DNA of 64,000 nt. It comes from Pseudomonadota bacterium. GTDB taxonomy: Bacteria; Pseudomonadota; Alphaproteobacteria; G022571365. The notes beneath the pieces are model-generated. The model saw nothing but the letters and a program-made list of their open reading frames with translations, was not told the DNA's origin and did no database searches. The stretch is taken from positions 38,720 through 102,719 of the forward strand of contig JACZXZ010000001.1 of assembly GCA_022571365.1 (NCBI GenBank), written 5' to 3'. The position numbers and the translations under genes were made by a program. This document shows, piece by piece, positions 53,284-63,804 of the stretch (positions are counted from its first letter, which is position 1; each line of letters opens with the position of its first letter).

Positions 53284-54330
53284 TTGAGTGGACAGATCAC
53301 CATCGCGCTCGACGCCATGGGCGGCGCCCGTGCGCCCGCCACGGTGGTTCGGGGGGCCAATATCGCGCTCAGGCGTTTTCCCCAGACGCAGTTCATGCTG
53401 TTTGGCGACCAGTCTCAGCTGCAGCGGCTCTTGAAGCGGCGGCGAAGGCTCAGGAAGGCATGCACCATTCACCACACCGAGGAAGTGGTGAGAGACGATG
53501 CCAAGCCATCGGTGGCGCTCAGGACCGGGCACCGGACGAGCATGCGGCTTGCCATTGACGCGGTGGGTGACGGCGCCGCCGACGGCGTGGTTTCGGCCGG
53601 CAACACCGGCGCCCTCATGGCCATGGCGAAATACGTGCTTAAAACCTTGCCCGGCATCGACCGCCCGGCCATCGCCACGTTCTTCCCCACCAGCCGAGGG
53701 GAGAGCGTCATGCTCGACCTCGGCGCCAACGTCGACAGCGATGCCGAGAATCTGGTCCAGTTCGCCGTCATGGGCGAGGTGTTCGCCCGCAGCGTCCTGG
53801 GCCTCATTCAGCCGACCGTCGGCCTGTTGAATGTCGGGGCCGAAGACGTGAAAGGTCGTGAGGCGGTGAAGACGGCGAGCGCCGTGTTGCGCGACAGCGA
53901 CCTGCCGATCGAGTTTCATGGCTTCATCGAGGGCGACGACATTACCGCCGGCACCGTCGACGTCATCGTCACGGACGGGTTTACCGGCAATATCGCGATC
54001 AAAACCGCGGAGGGGACGGCACGCCTCTACACCGAATTCTTGCGCCAGGCGTTCAAAAGCTCACCGTTCGCCCGGCTCGGTTACCTGCTGGCGCGGCGGG
54101 CGCTCAAGAAGTTACGGGCGCAGGTCGACCCCCGCGGCTATAACGGCGCCATGTTCCTGGGCTTGAACGGCATTGCGGTCAAAAGCCACGGCAGCACCGA
54201 TGCGCTGGGCTTGGCCAACGCGATCGGCGTGGCCATCGACATGGCGAAGGGCGGGATCAACGAGAAGATCAAGGAGGAATTTCAGCGCTTAGCCCTGGCC
54301 CGCGAGAACAAGTGGCGGGCGGTGTCGTAA
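53284..54330 (+). CDS. plsX: phosphate acyltransferase
   Basis: ALDAMGG, SAGNTGA, DLGAN, DGFTGN, KSHG. Confidence 0.96.
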   Translation: MSGQITIALDAMGGARAPATVVRGANIALRRFPQTQFMLFGDQSQLQRLLKRRRRLRKACTIHHTEEVVRDDAKPSVALRTGHRTSMRLAIDAVGDGAADGVVSAGNTGALMAMAKYVLKTLPGIDRPAIATFFPTSRGESVMLDLGANVDSDAENLVQFAVMGEVFARSVLGLIQPTVGLLNVGAEDVKGREAVKTASAVLRDSDLPIEFHGFIEGDDITAGTVDVIVTDGFTGNIAIKTAEGTARLYTEFLRQAFKSSPFARLGYLLARRALKKLRAQVDPRGYNGAMFLGLNGIAVKSHGSTDALGLANAIGVAIDMAKGGINEKIKEEFQRLALARENKWRAVS

Positions 54331-54332
54331 TA

Positions 54333-55304
54333 GTGCATCGGTCCCGAATCATCGGCTGCGGCGCTTACCTGCCCGAGCGCATTATGACCAACCACGAGCT
54401 CGCGCGCATGGTCGAGACCTCCCACGAATGGATCGTCTCGCGCACGGGCATATGCCAGCGTCACATCGCCGCGGAAGACGAGTGCACGTCGGACCTGGCG
54501 CTCAAGGCGGCGCAGGCAGCGATGGACGACGCGGGTATCACGGCGGACGACATCGATCTCATCGTGCTGGCGACGACGACCCCCGACCAGACCTTCCCGG
54601 CCACGGCGACCCAGGTCCAGGCCAAGTTGAACATGACCCGCGGCGCCGCCTTCGACGTGCAGGCGGTCTGCGCCGGCTTCCTCTACGCCCTTGCGATTGC
54701 CGACAATTTCCTGACGGCGGGCCAGGCCGAGACCGTGCTGGTGATCGGCTCGGAAACTTACTCGCGCATCCTCGACTGGCAGGATCGGAGGACCTGCATC
54801 CTGTTCGGTGACGGGGCCGGCGCGGTGATGCTGCGCAGGGCCGACGGCAACGGCAACAGCAACGACCGCGGCGTGCTGTCGACCCATCTGCATTCGGACG
54901 GCCGTCTCCATGACCTGCTCTATGTCGACGGCGGGCCGTCCTCGACCCAGACGGCGGGCCATGTGCGCATGGCCGGGCGCGAGGTGTTCCGTCACGCCGT
55001 GATCAAGCTGACCGAAGCGGTGGAGGAGGCGCTCGAGGCAAATGACCTCACCGCCAAGGACATCGACTGGCTGGTTCCCCACCAGGCCAACAAGCGGATC
55101 ATCGACGGCATGGCGCGCAAGCTCGGTCTGGCGCCGGAGCAGGTGGTGCTGACCATCGACCGGCACGCCAACACCTCGGCCGCCTCGATCCCCCTGGCGC
55201 TGTGCGAAGCCGTGCGCGACGGGCGCATCAAGCCGGGCCATCTGATCCTGATGGAGGCTATCGGCGGGGGCTTGAGCTGGGGGTCGAGCCTGGTGCGTTG
55301 GTGA
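54333..55304 (+). CDS. fabH: 3-oxoacyl-ACP synthase III
   Basis: [25 protein letters not shown]. Confidence 0.96.
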   Translation: MHRSRIIGCGAYLPERIMTNHELARMVETSHEWIVSRTGICQRHIAAEDECTSDLALKAAQAAMDDAGITADDIDLIVLATTTPDQTFPATATQVQAKLNMTRGAAFDVQAVCAGFLYALAIADNFLTAGQAETVLVIGSETYSRILDWQDRRTCILFGDGAGAVMLRRADGNGNSNDRGVLSTHLHSDGRLHDLLYVDGGPSSTQTAGHVRMAGREVFRHAVIKLTEAVEEALEANDLTAKDIDWLVPHQANKRIIDGMARKLGLAPEQVVLTIDRHANTSAASIPLALCEAVRDGRIKPGHLILMEAIGGGLSWGSSLVRW

Positions 55305-55427
55305 GGGCGGGTCCAGGCGTTTCCGCGGCAAGGGCCGAGGGCCGTCTATGTATATAATTGACGGGGTTAGTTGCTGACGTTACGATTCAGCTTCAACAAT
55401 AATAAGGAATAATAAAGGAGGAGCGAC

Positions 55428-55748
55428 ATGGCCGGAAAGACGGTCACCCGGGCGGATCTGAGCGAGGCGGTTTATCAGGAGGTTGGCCTGTCGCGCAACG
55501 AATCGGCGGACCTCGTGGAGTCGATTCTGAAAGAGATTTCCGACGCCCTCATCCGCGGCGAAGGGGTCAAGGTCTCCTCGTTCGGCAGCTTCTCCGTGCG
55601 CCAGAAGGGACGGCGCATCGGCCGCAACCCGAAGACCGGTGAAGAAGTGCCCATTTTGCCTCGTCGGGTGCTTGTCTTCCGCGCTTCCCACGTGCTCAAG
55701 AACCGCATTAACGACACCCTTACCGATACCGCCGGGGCCGCTTCCTGA
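55428..55748 (+). CDS. ihfA: integration host factor alpha
   Basis: [27 protein letters not shown]. Confidence 0.96.
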   Translation: MAGKTVTRADLSEAVYQEVGLSRNESADLVESILKEISDALIRGEGVKVSSFGSFSVRQKGRRIGRNPKTGEEVPILPRRVLVFRASHVLKNRINDTLTDTAGAAS

Positions 55749-55750
55749 CC

Positions 55751-56218
55751 ATGGCGTCTGCGTCCCGCCAAACAGGTCCCTCCCGGCGCGCCCCCAAGTC
55801 GGCCGCCGCCTTCCGCACGATCAGCGAGGTTGCCGCCGGGCTCGACGTCCCCCAGCATGTCCTGCGCTTCTGGGAAGGAAAGTTTCCCCAGGTAAGGCCC
55901 CTGAAACGCGGCGGTGGCCGGCGCTATTACCGTCCCGAGGACGTGGCGTTGCTGCGCCGCATTCGCGAGCTGTTGCACCACGACGGCTATACGATCAGAG
56001 GGGTGCAGAAACTGCTCAAAGAGGGCGCGGTCAAGGCGGCGCCCGGGCCGGTTGGCGACAAGCCTCCTGGGTCCGCCGGGAGCGAGGCTCTTCCTGCGGG
56101 CGCCGGGGGAGAGCACAGGGCGGGACGCGGGCTCGATGCGCGGCAACGCGGCGAGCTCAAGGGACTGTTGGCGGAGCTTGGTGAGCTGCGCGATCTATTG
56201 CGCCGCGAGATCGATTGA
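55751..56218 (+). CDS. MerR family regulator (ihfA-associated)
   Basis: [30 protein letters not shown]. Confidence 0.93.
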   Translation: MASASRQTGPSRRAPKSAAAFRTISEVAAGLDVPQHVLRFWEGKFPQVRPLKRGGGRRYYRPEDVALLRRIRELLHHDGYTIRGVQKLLKEGAVKAAPGPVGDKPPGSAGSEALPAGAGGEHRAGRGLDARQRGELKGLLAELGELRDLLRREID

Positions 56219-56355
56219 CCGCGGCGTTGCCTCGCGGGTATCGCGCGGTTTTATAGTCCGCGGTCGGGACTCTAGGGTGGCGTGAGTGTGACGCGAAACG
56301 GCCCGAATTGTCCCGTTCGTTCCCAAATTCTCCCATTTCGCCGATTCCCGCGGCC

Positions 56356-56384
56356 TTGTCAAACGGCCTGGAAACCCTTAGTCT
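56356..56384 (+). promoter_or_regulatory. putative sigma70 promoter of tRNA-Pro
   Basis: TTGTCA-N17-TAGTCT about 10 bp upstream of the tRNA. Confidence 0.55.
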
Positions 56385-56393
56385 CCGGGCCAT

Positions 56394-56470
<77 letters not shown>

Positions 56471-56488
56471 TTTTTTGCAAAGGCTTAG

Positions 56489-56512
56489 CGCGGTCCTTCG
56501 GGGCCGCGTTTC
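56489..56512 (+). terminator. hairpin downstream of tRNA-Pro
   Basis: CGCGGTCC-TTCG-GGGCCGCG followed by a short TTT. Confidence 0.6.
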
Positions 56513-56802
56513 CTCATGGATGGCGTTGCTACCCGAAATATGGCAAAACTGGCTCCATGCCGACCGGCCCGCTGGCGCGCGGGAATGCCACCAAACCGGG
56601 CTTCGTTGCCTTCGAGCAAAAGCTTGCCGACCTGCTCCTTAGAGTATGCGGCCTGCGCGCGGGGGTGGCTGAAAGCCAGCCGGGCGTGCCCCGCTCGACC
56701 TCTTCGTATTCGGGTTAATCGTATCGACGGCTGGCCGAGGTGATAATGGTAGCATTGGTCAATTAGGTGTTGGCAGTATAGGTGAGAGCTGGAACGAGAA
56801 TC

Positions 56803-58200
56803 ATGATCGGAAAGGTCAATCGTAAAGCGCGTTCCAGGCAGGGCGGCGGCACTGCCTTCATTGCTTGTGCGATCGCGGCGATTCTATTTGCGGCCACGCC
56901 GGCCCACTCGGCAACGGAAGACGTCACCTACACGCCCGACGTCAGCTTCACGCTGCTAACCGGCATCGCAGAGGGCAAGCTAGTCTATATAGGTCGGGGC
57001 GGTGAAATCGACGGGATCGTCAATCCGACCTTGCGGGTTCGTGAAGACGCCGTGGTGCAGATTACATTGATCAACGGCGAGGGCGCGGAGCACGACATCG
57101 TATTTCCCGATTTCAAGGCGGCTTCCGAGCGGATCGTCGCCCCAGGCGCGAGCAGTACGATCGTGTTCCGCGTCGGCAGCGCGGGATCGTACGTATATTT
57201 CTGCGCCGTGCCCGGCCACCGTGAGGCGGGCATGGAAGGAAATATGGTGGTTGAGGAGGCCAAGGCCGAAAAAGCCCCTGAGGCCATCAGCGTCGTTCGC
57301 GCCCCAACCGATCTCCCTCCGCCGATTGGGGATCGCCCTCCCACCACGGTGCGATACGAGCTGGAGACCGTGGAGATGGAGGCCCGGCTGATGGACGGGA
57401 CGACGTACACCTACTGGACGTTCAACCGCACCGTCCCTGGCCCGTTCCTACGCGTCCGCGTCGGCGATACGGTCGAGGTGAGATTGAAGAATGACCCGGA
57501 CAGCATGATGATCCACTCGATCGATCTTCACGCCGTCAACGGCCCTGGTGGCGGTGCGACCCTCACGCAGGTGTGGCCGGGCGAAGAGAGGGTCTTCACC
57601 TTCACGGCCCTGAACCCGGGCCTTTACGTTTATCACTGCGCGACGCCGATGGTAGCTCACCACATCGCGAACGGCATGTATGGTCTGATCCTGGTCGAGC
57701 CCGAGGGCGGTCTGGCGCCCGTCGACCGCGAGTTCTACGTCATGCAGGGCGAGATATACACCGAAGCCGCGTTCGCCATGCACGGCCACCAGGAATTCAG
57801 CGTCGAAAAGCTGCTCGACGAAAGCCCTGAGTATTTCGTTTTTAACGGGTCGGTCGGGGCGCTCACCGAGGCGCATCCGTTGCGCGCCGAAGTCGGCGAC
57901 ATCGTACGCATCTTCTTTGGGGTCGGTGGGCCTAATTTCACCTCGTCCTTCCACTTGATCGGCGAGATTTTCGACCGGGTCTACGAATGGGGAGGCCTCC
58001 AGTCTCCTCCTGCCAGCGGGGTGTCGACGATATCGGTGCCACCGGGAGGTGCCGCGATGGTCGAATTCAAGCTCGACGTGCCCGGAAGGTACCTCCTGGT
58101 CGACCACGCGCTCTCCCGTTTGGAACGCGGTCTTGTCGGCTATCTCCAGGCGGATGGGCGTTTGGACCCTGCGATTTACCACCAGGGACCCGCGCAATAG
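56803..58200 (+). CDS. nirK: copper-containing nitrite reductase with an extra N-terminal cupredoxin domain
   Basis: HSIDLHAV, YHCATPMVAHHIANGM, SSFHLIGEIFD, LVDHAL; N-domain EHD..YFCAVPGHREAGM; signal peptide. Confidence 0.92.
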   Translation: MIGKVNRKARSRQGGGTAFIACAIAAILFAATPAHSATEDVTYTPDVSFTLLTGIAEGKLVYIGRGGEIDGIVNPTLRVREDAVVQITLINGEGAEHDIVFPDFKAASERIVAPGASSTIVFRVGSAGSYVYFCAVPGHREAGMEGNMVVEEAKAEKAPEAISVVRAPTDLPPPIGDRPPTTVRYELETVEMEARLMDGTTYTYWTFNRTVPGPFLRVRVGDTVEVRLKNDPDSMMIHSIDLHAVNGPGGGATLTQVWPGEERVFTFTALNPGLYVYHCATPMVAHHIANGMYGLILVEPEGGLAPVDREFYVMQGEIYTEAAFAMHGHQEFSVEKLLDESPEYFVFNGSVGALTEAHPLRAEVGDIVRIFFGVGGPNFTSSFHLIGEIFDRVYEWGGLQSPPASGVSTISVPPGGAAMVEFKLDVPGRYLLVDHALSRLERGLVGYLQADGRLDPAIYHQGPAQ

Positions 58201-58315
58201 CAGCGGCCGAAGGCAAGCGGACCTTGGTCAACACACCGCCTTCGGGGCCGCGTTTCTGCCTCCTTCCACCCATCGCTGTCCAACTCGCCATGGGGAAAGC
58301 GGCGAGGCCGTCATG
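58125..58315 (+). repeat. about 190-bp direct repeat, copy A (nirK 3' end plus downstream flank)
   Basis: Aligns with 61248-61436; its 3' part also aligns with 59226-59281. Confidence 0.92.
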
Positions 58316-58375
58316 CGCCCCGTCTCGAGGCAGCCACAATCGAACTCAGGCCCCGGGGGTGCGGAGGGCTCACAC

Positions 58376-58957
58376 CTAGAAGCGAATGCCGTAGCGAATG
58401 CCCAGGGTGTCTTGGCCGTGATTTCGGTCGCACAGGTCGGCGTTGGAGATATGGTCGAGCATGAGCGAGATGCTGTGGCGCGCGCCAACAATCACACCCA
58501 CCGAAATCGATTCCCGAAACAGAAGACGGCAACCAAGATCGTTTCTGCCCGCCGTATTCGAATTGCGCTTGCCATTGTGCACCGTTCCGCCGAACGTTAG
58601 CTCCGCGAAAAAGCTCTCGTAGATGTCGGCGGTCCAGCTGAGTCCAAAGTACAATTGGCTGGTGTTGCCGCTGGTGTTGGCGGACACGCCGAGGTGAGGG
58701 CGCGGGGAGAACACGAAACTCAGGAATTCGGGTGACGTAAACAGGACCTCGGCGTTGATGTCGGCCCCGCCCTCGGTATGCGAGGTGATCAGCCCGGCAT
58801 CGTGATAGAGGACTCCGCCTCGGGCCTCCGACAAGATTCCAGCCAAGCCCGGATTGTCGGGAGCATGGATAGCCGCGTCGGCCAGGGCCTGACGCGGTTG
58901 AGGCAGGACAGCCATCAACAGGCCCACTAGGGCCAATATATATCGGAAAAATGGCAT
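58376..58957 (-). CDS. lipid A 3-O-deacylase (PagL-like) outer membrane protein
   Basis: Signal peptide, RPHLG, LGCRLLFRES, DHISNA, C-terminal YGIRF. Confidence 0.82.
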   Translation of the reverse strand: MPFFRYILALVGLLMAVLPQPRQALADAAIHAPDNPGLAGILSEARGGVLYHDAGLITSHTEGGADINAEVLFTSPEFLSFVFSPRPHLGVSANTSGNTSQLYFGLSWTADIYESFFAELTFGGTVHNGKRNSNTAGRNDLGCRLLFRESISVGVIVGARHSISLMLDHISNADLCDRNHGQDTLGIRYGIRF

Positions 58958-59225
58958 TCTTGTCCCCCCTTTGGTATTGGCAAGTATAGCTGCACAATTG
59001 TCGGCATCACAAGCTCAGATTTCGCTTGACCTTGTTCGAATTGAATGATTCGCGTGTCAAAATACAGATCGAGCAGGCGGCGAATGACAATTCTAAATGA
59101 CAATTCCACTAGGGCGGGAAGCCCAGCTTCACGGTTCCGACCGCCGCCATGGCCGCTTCCGATTGCGACGGAGACGAGGGCCCGCTCGCCGCAAGGAATG
59201 TTATGATCCGGGATTTCCCAGATGA

Positions 59226-59349
59226 TTCCTCCCACCCATCGCGGTCCAACTCGCCATGGGGGAAGCGTCGCATCCGCCATGTATGTTTTGCTATAAGGAA
59301 GCCATGGCGCGGCGGCTTTCACGATTCCTCGCCGTTCTTGCGCTGCCGG
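59226..59349 (+). repeat. about 124-bp direct repeat, copy C (promoter and 5' end of the lipoprotein gene)
   Basis: Aligns with 61381-61504, including TGCTATAAG and the first signal-peptide codons. Confidence 0.9.
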
Positions 59350-59426
59350 ACTCGTCCCAAGACGCTGCTCGTGCTATGTTTGTTGATAACCAGCGGGAGT
59401 CGTCTGGGAAATCTGGGATAGAATAG
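59304..59426 (+). pseudogene. 5' remnant of the lipoprotein gene (40-codon ORF)
   Basis: MARRLSRFLAVLAL versus MRRLSGFLAVLAL at 61462; homology stops before the lipobox. Confidence 0.6.
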
Positions 59427-59448
59427 GGAGACGCGGGAGCTCTCGGGG

Positions 59449-61248
59449 ATGGCTAGCATTTCGGCGCGGCGAAAGTTTCTCCTGGTCCTGATCAAGCCGT
59501 CGCACTACGACGACGATGGCTACGTGATCCAGTGGTGGAAGGCCTGGATCCCGTCGAATTCCCTTGCCGCGCTCTATGGTCTCGCGCTCGATATGATCGA
59601 GCGCAAAGTCTTCGGCGACGAGATCGAGATCGTCCTGGAGGCTTACGACGAGATGAACACCCTGATCCCCTTCCGGAAGCTCCTCCGCCTGTTCCGTAAC
59701 AACGACAACTTCGGGCTGGTGTGCCTGACCGGCGTGCAGTCGAACCAGTTTCCGCGCGCCATGGACATCGCACGCCGGTTCCGCGAGGCCGGCGTGCCGG
59801 TGGCGGTGGGCGGCTTCCATGTCTCCGGCTGCCTGGCCATGCTGGACGAATTGCCCCCCGATCTGAAGCAAGCCCAGGAAATGGGAATCAGCTTCTTTGC
59901 GGGCGAAGCGGAGGAGCGCCTGGAGGATTTCCTGCGCGACGCCATCACGGGACGCCTCGAGCCGGTCTACAACTACCTGAACGACCTGCCGGGGTTGGAG
60001 GGCCAGGTCGTTCCCTTCCTGCCCGAGCGGCTCCTGCGCGGCTACGACGGCATCATCTCCAGCTTCGACGCCGGGCGCGGCTGTCCCTTCCAGTGCAGCT
60101 TCTGCACCATCATCAACGTCCAGGGCCGCAAGTCACGCTATCGCTCGGCCGACGATATCGAGCGCATCATTCGGGCCAATGCCGCCCAGGGCGTGACCAA
60201 GTACTTCATCACCGACGACAATTTTGCCCGCAACCGGAACTGGGAGGCGATTTTCGACCGCATGATCGAACTGCGGGAAGAGGAGGGCATCGGCATCCAT
60301 TTCCTGATTCAGGTCGATACGCTCTGTCACAAGATCCCGAATTTCGTGGAAAAGGCCGCGCGCGCCGGATGTACGCACGCCTTTATCGGCCTCGAGAACA
60401 TCGATCCCGAGAACCTGCTGGCGGCCAAGAAGAAGCAGAACAAGATCACCGAGTACCGGCGCATGTTCCAGGATTGGCGCGCGGCGGGGGTCATGACCTA
60501 TGCCGGCTATATCATCGGCTTCCCGGTCGATACGCCCGAATCCCTGGCCCGGCACATGGAGATCATCAAAAAGGAGCTCCCGGTCGATATCATCGAGTTC
60601 ACCATCCTCACGCCGCTGCCGGGTTCGGAGGACCACAAGAACCTCCACGACCAGGGCGTCCCGATGGATGCGGACATGAACCGCTACGACCTGGAGCACC
60701 CGACCACGGACCACCCCCTGATGAGCCGTGAGACCCTGCAGAACTTCTACCGCCAAATCTGGGACCTCTACTACACGGACGAGCACGTGGAAACGCTGAT
60801 GCGCCGGGCCATGGGCTACGGCATCAAGCCGGTGCGCGTCTGGCAGAACGTTCTCGAGGTCTATGGAGTCATGCGCTTCGAAGTGTTGCATCCGCAACAG
60901 GGCGGCTTCTTCCGCCGCAAGGCGCGGACCCAGCGGCGCCCTGGATACCCCATCGAATCTCCACTTGTTTTCTACCCGAAGCGCGTCTGGCAGACCCTGG
61001 CGACCTATATCCCCTGGGGCGTTTACGCCTGGAAGCTCCATCGCATGCGCAAGCGCATCCAGAAGGACGAAACGGCCCGGACTTACAGGGACTTTTCCAT
61101 GACTCCGGTGGAGGACGCGGAGCACGAGGCGCTGGAAATGTTCGAGTTGAACGAGGCGACCAAAGCGATGGTGGCCAAGGCCCAGGCCGAGGTGGCCGCC
61201 CGCGAGGCGCACAAGATCCGGACTGCCCCGGCCGCGGCGGCGGAGTGA
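59449..61248 (+). CDS. B12-binding radical SAM protein of unknown substrate
   Basis: LIKPSHYDDDGYVIQW, GGFHVSG, RGCPFQCSFC, ITDDNF, TPLPGS. Confidence 0.9.
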   Translation: MASISARRKFLLVLIKPSHYDDDGYVIQWWKAWIPSNSLAALYGLALDMIERKVFGDEIEIVLEAYDEMNTLIPFRKLLRLFRNNDNFGLVCLTGVQSNQFPRAMDIARRFREAGVPVAVGGFHVSGCLAMLDELPPDLKQAQEMGISFFAGEAEERLEDFLRDAITGRLEPVYNYLNDLPGLEGQVVPFLPERLLRGYDGIISSFDAGRGCPFQCSFCTIINVQGRKSRYRSADDIERIIRANAAQGVTKYFITDDNFARNRNWEAIFDRMIELREEEGIGIHFLIQVDTLCHKIPNFVEKAARAGCTHAFIGLENIDPENLLAAKKKQNKITEYRRMFQDWRAAGVMTYAGYIIGFPVDTPESLARHMEIIKKELPVDIIEFTILTPLPGSEDHKNLHDQGVPMDADMNRYDLEHPTTDHPLMSRETLQNFYRQIWDLYYTDEHVETLMRRAMGYGIKPVRVWQNVLEVYGVMRFEVLHPQQGGFFRRKARTQRRPGYPIESPLVFYPKRVWQTLATYIPWGVYAWKLHRMRKRIQKDETARTYRDFSMTPVEDAEHEALEMFELNEATKAMVAKAQAEVAAREAHKIRTAPAAAAE

Positions 61249-61504
61249 CGCCGTCTCGTCGGCTATCTCCAGGCGGATGGCCGTTTAGACCCTGCGATTT
61301 ACCACCAGGGACCCGCGCAATAGCAGCGGCCGAAGCAGCGGACCTTGGTCAACACACCGCCTTCGGGGCCGCGCCCCCACTTCCTCCCACCCGTCGCTGT
61401 CCAACTCGCCATGAGGAAAGCGTCAAGACCGTCATGTGCGTTTTGCTATAAGGGAGCCATTATGCGGCGGCTTTCAGGATTCCTCGCCGTTCTTGCGCTG
61501 ACGG
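61248..61504 (+). repeat. direct repeat, copy B (nirK tail, flank, lipoprotein promoter/5' end)
   Basis: Contains both the copy A and copy C sequences contiguously. Confidence 0.92.
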
Positions 61505-61770
61505 GCTTGGCGGCAGGCGCCTGTTCCCTGCGCCCGTTCCCGACATCCTCGCCAACAGCGCTTGAGAAAGCGCTTCAGGACTCGCCCGCGGCGCCCATTT
61601 CGGTTTGCTACAGCAAGGCGACGACCACCCCGGAAGAGATCATCAAGGCCGTCACCAAGAGTTGTGCGGGGCCCGACGCGCGTCTGGTCTTCTATGGCCA
61701 GGACGGCCTACCCAACGAATGCCCGCTCCTCCAACCGGCCCGGGCGACGTTCCTGTGCGTCGCGCAATAA
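61462..61770 (+). CDS. small Cys-rich lipoprotein, hypothetical
   Basis: Lipobox-like LAAGAC, VCYSK, ECPLLQP..ATFLC; GGGAG RBS. Confidence 0.8.
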   Translation: MRRLSGFLAVLALTGLAAGACSLRPFPTSSPTALEKALQDSPAAPISVCYSKATTTPEEIIKAVTKSCAGPDARLVFYGQDGLPNECPLLQPARATFLCVAQ

Positions 61771-61866
61771 TCGCGGGTGGGTCACGAGGCCTCGACGCGA
61801 TAGCAGCCCGTTCGGGCGGTTTGCCGCAAGCCGCAGACCCGCCTGCGCCGCTTTTGCTTTCCTGAG

Positions 61867-62775
61867 CTAGAACCGGTAGGCGAGCTCGAGGCCGACGGTG
61901 TCCGTGCTCGCAACCGGCAGCAGGGTGAACCCCTGGTCGTTGTGGAACGGGTTTTCCTCGTAGACGAATTTGCCGATGAAGTAGCCCAGCGCCGCGCCCA
62001 GGAACAGGTCGGAGGCCCAGTGCTTGTTGTCGTTGATGCGCGCTAAGGACGCCAGGGTCGCAAACGTGTAGGCACCCACCCGGATGGCAACGCTGTGCTG
62101 GTATTCGGAGGCGACCACGGAGGCGATCGCGAAGGCGTGGGTGGCGTGGCCGGAGGGGAAGGATTTTCCGCCACCGGGGCCTTCGAAGTCGTCATTGTCC
62201 AGGCTCTGGTTCGGTCGCGCGCGTCCCGACAGCCGTTTTATGCCCTCGGTCAGGCCGGCCGCCAGAAGAAAGCTTTCCGCGCTTAGGAGCGCGGTTTCTT
62301 GGAGCCGTGCTCCTTCGACGGTGTCCTTGAGGCCGTATCGGAGGAACCCGCCGGCGACGTAGGCCACCGGCAACGCCGGGGCGATCCACGCCCGGTCGCC
62401 GAAGGCCTGGAAGATGTTCGCGGCCTCGTCGGTGCCGCCGCTTTTCAGGTCATCCTGCCAGAAGTCCTTTATCTCCTCGTCGAGCAGGAAGAAGCCCCCG
62501 GTCACGACCCCGACGAAGCCGGCGTCGACCCAGTCCCGCCCGTCCCAACGGAGCGGCGAAGTCAGGATCTTGGCCCCGTCCTCGATATACTCCAGCCAAT
62601 AGTCGGCCCGGAATATGGAGTAGGAGGTCCGGGCATACCTGGAATCGGAACCCGCCGCGCTGGCCTGCGCCGGCGCCGGCGAGTCCTGCCCACTCGTCTG
62701 CGCCGCCACGGGAACCGAGGCAAACGCCAGGCATGCGAAGACGATCAATCCGGTTCGGGATGAATTTCCGTTCAT
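61867..62775 (-). CDS. PAP2 family phosphatase
   Basis: KRLSGRARP, SFPSGH, ARINDNKHWASD. Confidence 0.9.
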   Translation of the reverse strand: MNGNSSRTGLIVFACLAFASVPVAAQTSGQDSPAPAQASAAGSDSRYARTSYSIFRADYWLEYIEDGAKILTSPLRWDGRDWVDAGFVGVVTGGFFLLDEEIKDFWQDDLKSGGTDEAANIFQAFGDRAWIAPALPVAYVAGGFLRYGLKDTVEGARLQETALLSAESFLLAAGLTEGIKRLSGRARPNQSLDNDDFEGPGGGKSFPSGHATHAFAIASVVASEYQHSVAIRVGAYTFATLASLARINDNKHWASDLFLGAALGYFIGKFVYEENPFHNDQGFTLLPVASTDTVGLELAYRF

Positions 62776-63053
62776 ATGGTTTCGCGTGGCCGGCCGCGGG
62801 CTCCCCTCCGCGTGCGGCGTTTGACTCCCCCCTGGTTCGCCTAGGCACCTACAATAGCCCGAGGAAATCGCCTGTGGCCAGCCCTCCGCCTGAATCGCGG
62901 ACGGCGCCCGCGATGGCCGCCGCCCCTGGAATCACTCCGGCTGCCGGCAAGACCGAAGATTATCGCAAGGCCAAGCCCACGACCAGCCGGCCGCCGAACG
63001 CCGCCCGGGAGTCGCTTACGCCATGCTCCTGGGAATGCCCGAGGGGGCCGGTG

Positions 63054-63332
63054 TCAGCTCTCGGTAAGCAAGGCCCGGCCGGCGCCGGTCAGCTTGCAGA
63101 CCAGCCAGTCCGGCTTGATCGGGTTCGAGAACCAGGGCTCGGCCCAGCCCTGCTCGAGACAGCTGCGGATGGTGCGGGAATCGATGCGTTTGCCTTCCCG
63201 GTCGAACAGGGGCAGCTTGTCGCCCGGCTGGCCGAGCCCGCGGACAAGCCAGCCGCGCTGCGCGGCGGTCGGCCTAGCCCGTGCCCTGGCCCCTCCCGGG
63301 AGTCGCAACGCTATGACGTCGGCTCCGGCCAT
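63054..63332 (-). CDS. small conserved-looking hypothetical protein
   Basis: QPGDKLPLFD, GWAEPWFSNPIKPDWLVCKLT resembles an alphaproteobacterial family (recalled). Confidence 0.7.
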   Translation of the reverse strand: MAGADVIALRLPGGARARARPTAAQRGWLVRGLGQPGDKLPLFDREGKRIDSRTIRSCLEQGWAEPWFSNPIKPDWLVCKLTGAGRALLTES

Positions 63333-63489
63333 GGGTCTTTTAAGTCCGGTTTTTGATCCGATCCTTAAATCCGGTCTTTAACTCTCCAGCGCACGATGAC
63401 GCGGCCGCCATCCTAGGCTAGATTGCGCGTTACGCCAAGGTGGGTGTATCCGGGGTGCCGCCCGCCGGACCGTCAAAGGGGAGGGGGCC

Positions 63490-63804
63490 ATGAGTATTCG
63501 CATGATTTACATCACGGTGGGGTCGGCGGGCGAGGCGCGCGCCCTCGGCCGCGCTCTGGTTCACGAGCGGCTCGCCGCCAGCGCCAATATCATCGAAGGC
63601 GCGACCTCGTTCTTCTGGTGGCAGGGCGAGCTCCAGGAAGCCAGCGAGGCGGTGCTTGTCGCGAAGACGAAGAGCGCCCTGGTCCCTCGGGTTATCGCCA
63701 GGGTGAAGGCACTGCACAGCTACGACTGTCCGTGCGTCCTCTCCCTGCCGGTCGAGGACGGCAATCCGGACTATCTCGACTGGGTCGCGAAGGAGACCGT
63801 TTAG
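63490..63804 (+). CDS. cutA: divalent-cation tolerance protein CutA
   Basis: ERLAASANI, WWQG, KALHSYDCP. Confidence 0.93.
   Translation: MSIRMIYITVGSAGEARALGRALVHERLAASANIIEGATSFFWWQGELQEASEAVLVAKTKSALVPRVIARVKALHSYDCPCVLSLPVEDGNPDYLDWVAKETV

Noticed and set aside
56700-56800. FNR/NnrR or sigma54 site upstream of nirK
   Set aside because: Only partial matches with incorrect spacing.
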